Part shown: piece after piece, positions 7,841 to 15,368 of the stretch
Numbering within the stretch: the stretch's first letter is position 1
Layout: the number at the start of each line of letters is the position of its first letter
Source: an uncultured bacterium
GTDB taxonomy: Bacteria; Hydrogenedentota; Hydrogenedentia; Hydrogenedentales; JAEUWI01
Assembly: GCA_963977445.1 (NCBI GenBank)
Contig: CAXBPH010000147.1
Location: 1 to 16,777 of the forward strand
Direction: 5' to 3'
DNA: 16,777 nucleotides
The notes under the pieces: generated by a model
Databases searched by the model: none
What the model saw: the letters and a program-made list of their open reading frames with translations, nothing else
Told to the model about the DNA's origin: nothing
Program-made: the position numbers and the translations under genes

Positions 7841-8006
7841 GCATTCCTGCCTGACAGAAAGTGCAACACAAACATTCAGGACAAACGCGATTCGGGCGAA
7901 GGGCACGACGTCTCGCCGACGATTAGGTGCGGGAGGTTGAATAGGTCCAAGTGCCCTTTGGCGTTTACGCGTGCTTTGTGTCAGGCAGGAATGCCTAACC
8001 CCCTGT
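7829..8006. repeat. Second REP doublet with perfect 28-bp inverted repeats and a 122-nt spacer
   Basis: ACAGGGGGTTAGGCATTCCTGCCTGACA (7829-7856) is the exact reverse complement of 7979-8006. Internal hairpin GTTAGGCA-TTCC-TGCCTGAC. The spacer also pairs: CGAAGGGCAC/GTGCCCTTTG and AAACGC/GCGTTT. Confidence 0.93.
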
Positions 8007-8023
8007 GCCGAATTTACCCTACA

Positions 8024-9130
8024 CTACTCCTGATAAAACCAATCCACCCCGACCCGCAATACATGCAACCCATCGCGCTTGTGGTAGCTGATGATAGCCA
8101 CGTCGTCGAGGAACATCAGGCTGGGGTAGCCGTAGTCGTCGTCGGGGTCGCCCTGGATAACTTTTTCGCTCACCCAGGTTTCGCCGTCGTCTTTGGAGAT
8201 GACGGAGACGAAGGGGGTGCGTCGGTGGGGTTCGGGGGCCGCCGTTACAACGCAAAACGAGGAGGTCGCCCGTGGAGGGGATACGGGCCACGTTGAGGGC
8301 GGAGGAGGTGTGGGTGGGGAGGGTCAGGGCATTGACCATCTCGCCTTTGGACCAGGTCTCGCCTCGGTCTTCGGAATAGGAGCGGGCGATGAAGTGGCTG
8401 TAGGTCCGCATGAGCATCAGGAGGCGACCGTCTTTCAATTCGACGATGTGGGGCTCCTGGGCCTCGATGGGCAACATGTTCACGCTGTTCTTGCTCTCCC
8501 ACCACGTGTATCCGTTGTCGTCGGAGTGCATCACGAAACTCACATAGCCCGAGTGGTCACCGCCCTCGCTCCGAGCCTGCCGTTCACCGGGTGCGACGAG
8601 CCGCCCGTCGGAGAGCTTGAGCAATTTGTTGTTGTGGATGATGTTGTAGCCGGCGTGGGGCGTGACGATAAGCTGGTCGCCCCAGGTCTCGGTTTCGTTG
8701 GCGCTGCGGCGTAGATAGTTGTGCCCGAAAAGGGCTCCATGCTGCTGCGGTAAATGTAGGTCACCAGGATCTGGTCGTTGGCCGTCCGGACGAAGCTGGG
8801 GTGGCAATAGACTTCCAGATCGTACTTGGGCGTGTTCGCCGGGATGAGGATGAACTCCTCTGCCCAAGTCTTTCCCTGGTCGGAAGAATAGCGGGCCGCG
8901 ATAGACCCGTCGGCATTGCCCGCCCCGTCCATACGCGTGTAGGCCAGGAGGAGGCGTCCGTCTTTCAGGGCAATGATGTCGCCCGGCATGTTCCGGTAGC
9001 CATAGGTCTTCACGGGCAGTTTCACCACGTGGGTATCTTCGAAAAGCGGGGCTTCGGCGGCGGCCGTGCCTGTTATTGCATGGGTGGCGGCCAACAGAAT
9101 TGCCATCATCAGAATAGTGGTGTATTTCAA
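8024..9130 (-). pseudogene. Secreted BNR-repeat (Asp-box) sialidase-family protein, ~368 aa if repaired; two frameshifts (true pseudogene or sequencing error)
   Basis: Signal peptide; Asp boxes SSDQGKTW, SDDNGYTW, SEDRGETW and SKDDGETW; 'QEP', 'RTP' and 'YGYPS' motifs. These are spread over ORF 8540..9130, ORF 8019..8867 and a third segment 'EPHRRTPFVSVISKDDGETW...YGYPSLMF...DWFYQE*' ending at 8024. Shifts occur at ~8728-8734 (1 nt missing) and 8234-8238 (1 nt extra). Confidence 0.85.
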
Positions 9131-9191
9131 GATTTCAGTTCCTTTGCGTCCTGGCCCGTGAAGACATTCTTAGTAACTTTTTCCAAGCTGT

Positions 9192-9220
9192 ACCCTACGC
9201 ACGGCGGCGGCAAATGTCAA
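9192..9220 (-). promoter_or_regulatory. Candidate sigma70-type promoter of the sialidase gene
   Basis: Minus strand TTGACA (9220-9215), 17 nt, TAGGGT (9197-9192), about 60 nt upstream of the TTG start. Confidence 0.5.
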
Positions 9221-9366
9221 CGGGGCCTTTTCGTAATTCCGTGTGTTTTCCCAAAGAAGGGCCGACCCTGTCGCGGGAGGAATTGCCTCGCCCGACCCGT
9301 GTAGGCGATACTCACGACTTAGCATCACTACGGTCGAATTTCGCTACGTCCCGCAGGAGTCTGAAC

Positions 9367-10266
9367 ATGCCCATCCATCTGCCCGCACAAAACCGCCGCC
9401 AGTTTCTCTTCACCGTGGGGGCGGGCCTTGTTGCCTGCGCCACGGAGTCCTTCGGTAACGAGGTCGACGGTGATTTGGTTTGCTTGTTGAACGACACCCA
9501 CATTGGTGAGAAGCAGCTTCCCGATTCACCGGTGCCAAGTCATTTGCGCCAGGTGGTGGCGGAGCTGGTGGGGCTGAAGCAAAAGCCCGCGTGTGTGTTA
9601 ATCAATGGTGACCTGGCCCTGACCGACGGACAGCCGGGGGACTACCGCCATTTCGCCAAGCTCATCGCACCCTTGCGGGAAGCCGGCATGGATTTGCACC
9701 TCACCCTGGGCAACCATGACAATCGCGAGGTCTTTTACAACGTTTTGACGGACGAGCGACCCGAAGCCGCCGCCGTTGAGTCCCGTCATATTTCCGTGGT
9801 GGAAACACGCTTTGCCAACTTCTTCCTGCTCGATTCCTTGCAGGAGACCATGGTCACACCGGGCACCTTGGGTGAAGCACAGCGGCAGTGGTTGGCCGAT
9901 GCCCTCGATGCGCGGCGCGACAAGCCCGCCCTCATCATGACCCACCACAATCCGCGCCTGGGTGGCGACCCCATCCACTTCCCCGGCGGCCTCACCGATT
10001 CGGCGGAACTCTGGAAATTGCTCGTGCCCCGCACGCAGGTGAAGGCCTATATCCACGGCCATATTCACGACCGTAATTTCTTCGAACACGAAGGCATCCA
10101 CATCCTCAACATGCCCGCCACCTCCTACGTGGCCGACCCCAAGCTGTCGACCACCGGGTGGACGTTGGCCCGTCTCACCGCCGAAGGGATAACACTGACC
10201 ACGAAGACCACAGCGGCCGACCATCCGTGGAATGGCGAAGCGAAGACCCTGAGCTGGCGGACCTGA
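9367..10266 (+). CDS. Tat-exported calcineurin-like metallophosphoesterase (Icc/CpdA-like)
   Basis: AGGAG precedes ATG 9367; 'NRRQFL' Tat motif; metal-binding motifs DTH, NGDL, GNHD, HH and GHIH. Confidence 0.9.
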   Translation: MPIHLPAQNRRQFLFTVGAGLVACATESFGNEVDGDLVCLLNDTHIGEKQLPDSPVPSHLRQVVAELVGLKQKPACVLINGDLALTDGQPGDYRHFAKLIAPLREAGMDLHLTLGNHDNREVFYNVLTDERPEAAAVESRHISVVETRFANFFLLDSLQETMVTPGTLGEAQRQWLADALDARRDKPALIMTHHNPRLGGDPIHFPGGLTDSAELWKLLVPRTQVKAYIHGHIHDRNFFEHEGIHILNMPATSYVADPKLSTTGWTLARLTAEGITLTTKTTAADHPWNGEAKTLSWRT

Positions 10267-10394
10267 GACCGGTCCCGGATTTCTGTCATCCCCTTCCTGA
10301 GTTTCGTCACCATCGCTTGCAACCCTCCATGCGTCTTCCCTACACTGACGTTTCGGGGGGAATTACACCCATGGGGTTCAAGGAGCGTTTTCTG

Positions 10395-11915
10395 ATGGTA
10401 CTTCGCCTGTTCATGCCGTTGATGTTGACTCTGGCCGCGCCTGCCGTTGCCGAAAATGTGTTTGCCGGTGCTTTGGACGGGTTGACCCACAAGCAGCATT
10501 TTACCTCCATGCGGGCGAGCAGTTCGGCGGAGGAACTGGACAGCAATGGCGATTCGCGGAGCATCATGCCGGGGGACACACTGGTGCTCCTTGATGCGGA
10601 TGGTCCGGGAATCATCACCCATTTTTGGAACACCATTGCGGCTTTCGACCCCTTCGCAGGCCGTTCGGTTGTGCTCCGCGTTTACTACGACGGCAACACG
10701 GAGCCGAGCGTGCAGGCACCCCTGGGCGATTTCTTTGGGGTGGGCCACGGGGCCAACAAAACCTTCACCTCCATGCCCGTGGCCGTATCCGCCAAGGGGT
10801 TGGCGCGCACTTGTTACTGGCGCATGCCCTTTCACAAGCACGTGAAGGTGACGGTGACCAACGAGTCGTCCGTCTACCCCGTGGTGGATTTCTATTTCTA
10901 CCTCGACTGGCAAAAACACGAGAGCCTGCCGGAAGACACCCAGTACTTCCACGCCACCTATCACCAAGCCATGCCCGCGACACCGGGTAACTACACCATC
11001 CTCGAAACGGAAGGGGAAGGACTCTATGTCGGCACCGTTTACTCGGCCCAGCAGGTGGAGTTGGGTTGGTTCGGCGAAGGCGATGACTTCTTTTACATTG
11101 ATGGTGCGGAAGCGCCCCAACTCAAAGGCACGGGTACGGAGGATTATTTCAACGACGCCTGGGGCTTTCGGGAATTCTCTACGCCCTTCCACGGGGTGTC
11201 ACTCTACGAGGGCGAGTTTCCCGGCGACCGCGTCACGGCCTACCGCTGGCACATCATGGACCCCATCGCCTTCAAGAAGTCCCTCCGGGTCACCATCGAG
11301 CATAGGGGTAGTGTAATGGACGAAACCAGGCCCGTCGACGAGGCCAGCTTGAGTGGCTCGGGTGAACGGCCTGATTGGGTCAGCTCCGTGGGTTTCTGGT
11401 ACCAGTACCCGCCCGTGACCATTTCCGAGCCCCTGCCCCCCGCCGAAAAACGGCTCGCACCCTATCGCGTACTGCCGGTTGGCAAGCTGCTCCAACGAAC
11501 CGACGAGGCATCCCGGCTCTTGCCATCCCACGTAGGCGTCCAACACCTGAGCAGTAACGCGGAGGGATTCCTGGAGATCGACTTCGAGGTCAGCGAGCCG
11601 GGGCGCTACCAGATTACCGGCCTTTTCAACGATAACCTGGCCAGCGCCATTTACCAGCCCATGCTCGATGACCAACCCATCGGCCAGCCCGTCAACATGG
11701 CCGCAGCCGACCCGGGCTTCACCTGGCACGGCTTTGACCTCCACGATCTCGATGCAGGCACCCATACCCTCCGCTTTGAGAAGGTGGCCGCCCAATCGGC
11801 CAGCCAGCGATCCATCGATTTCACCGAAGACGTATTGACCATCGAATACCTCGTACTCCTTCGGCTGGAAGACATGGAAGGCTACCACGTGGAATTTGAT
11901 CGGCGGAAGAAGTAG
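10395..11915 (+). CDS. Secreted DUF2961 / glycoside hydrolase family 172-like protein with an extra C-terminal beta domain
   Basis: AAGGAG lies 9 nt before ATG 10395 (alternative start 10371). Signal peptide ends 'APAVA'. Motifs: 'GPGIITHFW', 'PSVQAPLGDFFG', 'CYWRMPF', 'WFGEGDDFFYIDG', 'GTGTEDYF', 'YRWHIMDPIAF'. Confidence 0.9.
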   Translation: MVLRLFMPLMLTLAAPAVAENVFAGALDGLTHKQHFTSMRASSSAEELDSNGDSRSIMPGDTLVLLDADGPGIITHFWNTIAAFDPFAGRSVVLRVYYDGNTEPSVQAPLGDFFGVGHGANKTFTSMPVAVSAKGLARTCYWRMPFHKHVKVTVTNESSVYPVVDFYFYLDWQKHESLPEDTQYFHATYHQAMPATPGNYTILETEGEGLYVGTVYSAQQVELGWFGEGDDFFYIDGAEAPQLKGTGTEDYFNDAWGFREFSTPFHGVSLYEGEFPGDRVTAYRWHIMDPIAFKKSLRVTIEHRGSVMDETRPVDEASLSGSGERPDWVSSVGFWYQYPPVTISEPLPPAEKRLAPYRVLPVGKLLQRTDEASRLLPSHVGVQHLSSNAEGFLEIDFEVSEPGRYQITGLFNDNLASAIYQPMLDDQPIGQPVNMAAADPGFTWHGFDLHDLDAGTHTLRFEKVAAQSASQRSIDFTEDVLTIEYLVLLRLEDMEGYHVEFDRRKK

Positions 11916-11982
11916 ACGGGGTGGCGGTAGGATATTGGAAGGCAGCTTGGCCTTCTTGAATGATACGCGCGAATACGACATG

Positions 11983-12108
11983 GCCAATCTCCATTTACTT
12001 TTCTGGCTCTCGCTCATTCCCTTTGTCACCGGGTGGATGGGCGAGAGCCATTTTGGCACCTGGCCCGTGGTTGCCTACGGCGTGGTCTTGCTCATGGCCT
12101 CCGTAGCG
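11983..12108 (+). pseudogene. Internal fragment (~42 codons) of a TMEM175/DUF1211-family membrane protein
   Basis: 'ANLHLLFWLSLIPFVTGWMGESHFGTWPVVAYGVVLLMASVA' matches the conserved core of DUF1211 proteins. The N-terminal 'RLEAFSDGV.AI' region is absent and the 3' side is replaced by repeat arm A. Confidence 0.78.
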
Positions 12109-12288
12109 TGCGTTTGCATTTGGCACCAGGTCGACAAGTTTGCTTCAAGACGTAATGTTGTCGGTGCAGTCCCCGGGGACTGCACTGACCTCGAATGTGT
12201 GGTGGTAGGGTGATGCTGTCTTGGTGCCGGGGAGGTCGTGGGTATTTTGGGTGTCTTTTCCGGTCGGGGCCGTCCCCCCAGGGTCATT
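12109..12288 (+). repeat. Repeat element: 3' part of arm A (12109-12174) joined to full arm B (12175-12277) plus part of the linker
   Basis: Arm B closely matches 1010-1112 (both 103 nt). The junction is a loopless 30-nt palindrome, GTCGGTGCAGTCCCC|GGGGACTGCACTGAC (14 Watson-Crick pairs and 1 G.T). Confidence 0.95.
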
Positions 12289-12332
12289 CGCACTCGCACG
12301 CGCGCTCAGCAAGCGTTGCTGGCACCTGTGTC

Positions 12333-12366
12333 GTGGGACCTGTGGGACGGGTGAGACCGGTGGGAC
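12333..12366 (+). repeat. Degenerate 9-bp tandem repeat (GTGRGACnn x4)
   Basis: GTGGGAC at 12333, 12342 and 12360; GTGAGAC at 12351. Confidence 0.7.
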
Positions 12367-12462
12367 ATTTTGTCACGGCGCGCGGTCTCCTCGGTGGCGC
12401 AATTCCAGCCCATGACGCCAGGGCCCGCTACACCGAGTTATCCCTATTCTGGTGTGGGACTG

Positions 12463-13308
12463 TCAGGAGGGTGTTACGGGTTCCCGCTCGACCAGGGCCT
12501 TGAATTCGGGGTTGTCCTTGATTCCGGCCAGATCGGGGTCGTTCATCGCTTCCAGGCGGAAGAGATCGGAGCGTTGGAAGGCCTCCCGGAGGTAGTCGAG
12601 GCTTTCCCGGGTTCGTCCACGGAGGCTGTAGAGGCAGGCGAGGTTGTAGTAGGGCTTGGGATGGTCCGGGGAGCGTTCGATGGCTTTCCGGAAGTAAATT
12701 TCGGCCTCATCATAGCGTTCCAGGTCGACGAGCAGATTGGCGTAGTTGTTCAGCGGTGAGATGTCGTCGGGCATGATTTTGAGGGCTTTTTCGGCCTCGA
12801 CACGGGCCTCTTCGTAGCGCCCCTGGGCCCGCAGTATCACGGCCATGATGTTGTAGGGGCGACCCCATTCCGGATCCAGGGCTACGGCCTTGCGGAGGTC
12901 ATCCATGGCTTCGTCGGTGCGGTTGTAGCTGTTTCGGCCCAGCAGGTTCCCCAGTTCGGCGTAAGACCAGCTCCAATTGGGATCGAGGGCAATGGCGTGT
13001 TTGAACGAGGCTTCCGCTCCCTGGAAATTCTGTTCGTTTTTGTATTGCAGGGCCAGGACCAGGGCCTCCTGGGCCGTGGTGACGGAGCCGGCTTCAACGA
13101 TAGCTGCAGCCATGCGAATGGCGGACCGGGTCTCCTGATGCAGCATATTGCCGTCATCTTCAAGCAGAGTGATGGCCCGAGCCACAAGGGCATCGACCGA
13201 TTCGGTCCCAACGGGGCTATCCGAACGTTGGGTGCGTGCCATAAACACGGCGGACGCCATGAGAACGATGCCCAGGGTCACGGACCAGAGCATGATATGA
13301 CTCTTCAT
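12463..13308 (-). CDS. Tetratricopeptide-repeat protein with N-terminal membrane anchor or signal
   Basis: Hydrophobic N-terminus; successive TPR units ('AEASFKHAIALDPN', 'LRKAVALDPE', 'AEKALKIMPD', 'AEIYFRKAIERSPD'); terminal 'YNLACLYSLRG...A.NDPDL' module; GGGGGA RBS. Confidence 0.9.
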   Translation of the reverse strand: MKSHIMLWSVTLGIVLMASAVFMARTQRSDSPVGTESVDALVARAITLLEDDGNMLHQETRSAIRMAAAIVEAGSVTTAQEALVLALQYKNEQNFQGAEASFKHAIALDPNWSWSYAELGNLLGRNSYNRTDEAMDDLRKAVALDPEWGRPYNIMAVILRAQGRYEEARVEAEKALKIMPDDISPLNNYANLLVDLERYDEAEIYFRKAIERSPDHPKPYYNLACLYSLRGRTRESLDYLREAFQRSDLFRLEAMNDPDLAGIKDNPEFKALVEREPVTPS

Positions 13309-13400
13309 TTGTTCCCCCCTGTTCTGGCGTTATTTTGAGCTCTCATTGCCGCGTATCTATCGTCCATAACGCCTTACCGTAGTGGTTGCTGCCGAAATAG

Positions 13401-13440
13401 ATTGTAAGCTTATTATGGAAATAGGGCAAGTCTCTTGCAA
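13401..13440 (-). promoter_or_regulatory. Two overlapping candidate sigma70 promoters for the TPR gene
   Basis: Minus strand TTGCAA (13440-13435)-17-CATAAT (13417-13412) and TTGCCC (13429-13424)-17-TACAAT (13406-13401), in an AT-rich patch. Confidence 0.5.
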
Positions 13441-13702
13441 GCGGGCGGGGGCGCCAGCGGGCAATTTCGGGGGGACAAGGTTGCGCTACGGCAATCGGGG
13501 AAGGTATCCTTATGGGCTAAGATGGTCAGATAACGTACCCAAAGCACGCCCAGATACGTCGTTGGGCGTGGTGGTATCGCATCTTTCCCTGTCCCCCCTT
13601 TCTGGCAATCGGTTCGATTTTGTGTCTCGCTGCAATCAATCAGGCAGCCCCCATTTCGACCCGGTGCCCCGACTTCACAAACCGAAACCGAGTGGAAGCG
13701 TA

Positions 13703-14488
13703 ATGGAAGTTATAATCAGAAAAAGCGAAGACGATGCAGCTCAGCTTACTGCAGCCCTTATCGGCGCGGCCCTTCAGGATCGTCCCAATCTGGTATTGGG
13801 ACTTGCTACAGGCCGTACGATGGAAGGCCTCTACGCCAAGCTGGCGCAGAAGCATGGTGACGAAGGACTGGATTTTTCCAAGGCGACCACCTTCAATCTG
13901 GACGAGTACATTGGTCTCCCCCCGGAAGATCCGAACTCCTACCGCAGCTACATGAACGCCCACTTGTTTAATCGGATCAACATTGATCTGGCCAATACGT
14001 ACCTGCCCAACGGGGTCGCCCCCGATCTGGAACAGGAATGCCTGGATTATGAAGCCAAAATCGAGACGTGTGGGGGCATTGACCTCCAGTTGCTCGGTAT
14101 CGGCAGCACGGGCCACATTGGTTTCAATGAGCCCCTGTCGGCCCTCCGGAGTCGCACCCGGTGCAAGGCCCTCACCCCGGGGACCATCGCACAGAATTCG
14201 CCCCTCTTCGACAACCCCGAAGACATGCCCAAACGGGCCATGACCATGGGTGTTGGCACGATTCTCGACACCCGCCGATGCATCATGCTGGTTACCGGTG
14301 CGGCCAAGGCCGACATCGTGTCCAAGGCGGTAGAAGGCCCGATTACGTCGATGATTTCGGCCACGGCCCTCCAGCTTCACCCGAAGTGCACGGTCATCGT
14401 AGACGAAGCAGCGGCGGCGAAGTTAGAGAACCGTGGATACTACGAATGGATCTTCAATAACGAGCCTGAATGGGAATCATTTCGGTAG
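13703..14488 (+). CDS. nagB: Glucosamine-6-phosphate deaminase
   Basis: Motifs 'VLGLATGRT', 'TFNLDEYIGL', 'GGIDLQLLGIGSTGHIGFNEP', 'AMTMGVGTIL', 'EGPIT...SATALQLH'. The homologous region starts at 'MEVII' (13703); the 13382 extension was discarded. Confidence 0.97.
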   Translation: MEVIIRKSEDDAAQLTAALIGAALQDRPNLVLGLATGRTMEGLYAKLAQKHGDEGLDFSKATTFNLDEYIGLPPEDPNSYRSYMNAHLFNRINIDLANTYLPNGVAPDLEQECLDYEAKIETCGGIDLQLLGIGSTGHIGFNEPLSALRSRTRCKALTPGTIAQNSPLFDNPEDMPKRAMTMGVGTILDTRRCIMLVTGAAKADIVSKAVEGPITSMISATALQLHPKCTVIVDEAAAAKLENRGYYEWIFNNEPEWESFR

Positions 14489-14492
14489 TCAC

Positions 14493-14521
14493 TTGACAAG
14501 TGGGCCGATCCCCCAGATAAT
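14493..14521 (+). promoter_or_regulatory. Near-consensus sigma70 promoter upstream of the 230-aa gene
   Basis: TTGACA (14493-14498), 17 nt, GATAAT (14516-14521). Confidence 0.7.
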
Positions 14522-14534
14522 ACATAGACACGCG

Positions 14535-14576
14535 AAATTACACCATGCCAGACGTATGGTGTAATTTTGTTTTTGT
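14535..14576 (+). terminator. Hairpin followed by a T-rich tract: intrinsic terminator/attenuator, or palindromic operator
   Basis: AAATTACACCAT (14535-14546) / ATGGTGTAATTT (14556-14567) is a perfect 12-bp IR, followed by TGTTTTTGT. Confidence 0.55.
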
Positions 14577-14621
14577 CCGAGCCGTGCAGTATTTCGGCAT
14601 AAACCAGGGAGATCGAGGAAG

Positions 14622-15314
14622 ATGAGACTTACGAAAAACGCATTGGGAATCTGTGGCATGGTGCTTTTGGGTGCTACGGCCATGGTGTTGTCCCCGGTGG
14701 CCCAGGCCCGTGAGTGGAAGGTCTATGAAAACAAGAAGTATGGCTATTCGCTGAAAATCCCGGCAGAATTCGCGATTCAGAGCGAAGATAAGACCACCTC
14801 GTGGATTTATCAGCCCGGTTCTGCGGCTTCCGGTGTAGAGTCCAAGACCAAGAAGAAAAAGGGATTTTCCATTGGTGCCAAGATTAAGGGCATCAATATC
14901 GGGACTTCCCAGTCCGAGGAGACCTCTACCGACGGCAGCAGTGGTGGGGGTGGTCTGGAAAGCGCCCTGAGCATTCATGTGACCTGGGTGTGGATGCCCG
15001 ATGTCGCACCGGCAACGCTGTTTAATGCCAACATGGATTCGGTGAAGAAAGACATCGGCTCTCCCGATCCCAGCTACACGGATCCCATCGTATTCTCCAA
15101 GAAAAAGGGCTATGATTACGAGGGAAACACCTTCTGGTACAAGGAAGTGGACAAGAGCAAAAGTGACGAAATTCACCGTTGGCTCATCCACTCATCCGGC
15201 AACAAGAGTGACTATGGCGTCATCCTGGGCGGCGTTTATGGCCAGTTCGAGGAGTGGGGCCCCGTCTACGAGGAAATCGTAAAGAGCTTCAAGCTTATCC
15301 CCATCGAAAAATAA
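14622..15314 (+). CDS. Secreted hypothetical protein, possibly PsbP/Mog1-like fold
   Basis: GAGGA RBS; signal peptide ending 'AQA'. 'WKVYENKKYGYSLKIPAEF' at the N-terminus and 'YEEIVKSFKL' at the C-terminus are typical PsbP-like termini. Confidence 0.7.
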   Translation: MRLTKNALGICGMVLLGATAMVLSPVAQAREWKVYENKKYGYSLKIPAEFAIQSEDKTTSWIYQPGSAASGVESKTKKKKGFSIGAKIKGINIGTSQSEETSTDGSSGGGGLESALSIHVTWVWMPDVAPATLFNANMDSVKKDIGSPDPSYTDPIVFSKKKGYDYEGNTFWYKEVDKSKSDEIHRWLIHSSGNKSDYGVILGGVYGQFEEWGPVYEEIVKSFKLIPIEK

Positions 15315-15368
15315 GCGTTTTATAACGAGAATCTTGAATTGGGTCCGCACCACGGTGCGGGCCCATTT

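Noticed and set aside
9271..9297. Imperfect hairpin GTCGCGGGAGG-AATTG-CCTCGCCCGAC in the divergent promoter region
   Set aside because: It is single-copy here and imperfect, so I cannot distinguish it from chance in GC-rich DNA.
9214..10394. N-terminal extensions of the phosphoesterase (from 9214) and DUF2961 (from 10158) ORFs
   Set aside because: RBS and signal-peptide positions support starts at 9367 and 10395 (or 10371).
13440..13700. glmS ribozyme upstream of nagB
   Set aside because: Only a GCGCCAG word resembles it; the conserved GACGAGG and downstream core are not seen.
1539..14538. Long antisense ORFs (1539..3023, 4740..5384, 6282..7517, 9598..10224, 10125..11192, 11199..12059, 13640..14380 and others)
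   Set aside because: These are shadow frames of high-GC genes with recognisable products on the opposite strand, and they have no motifs of their own.
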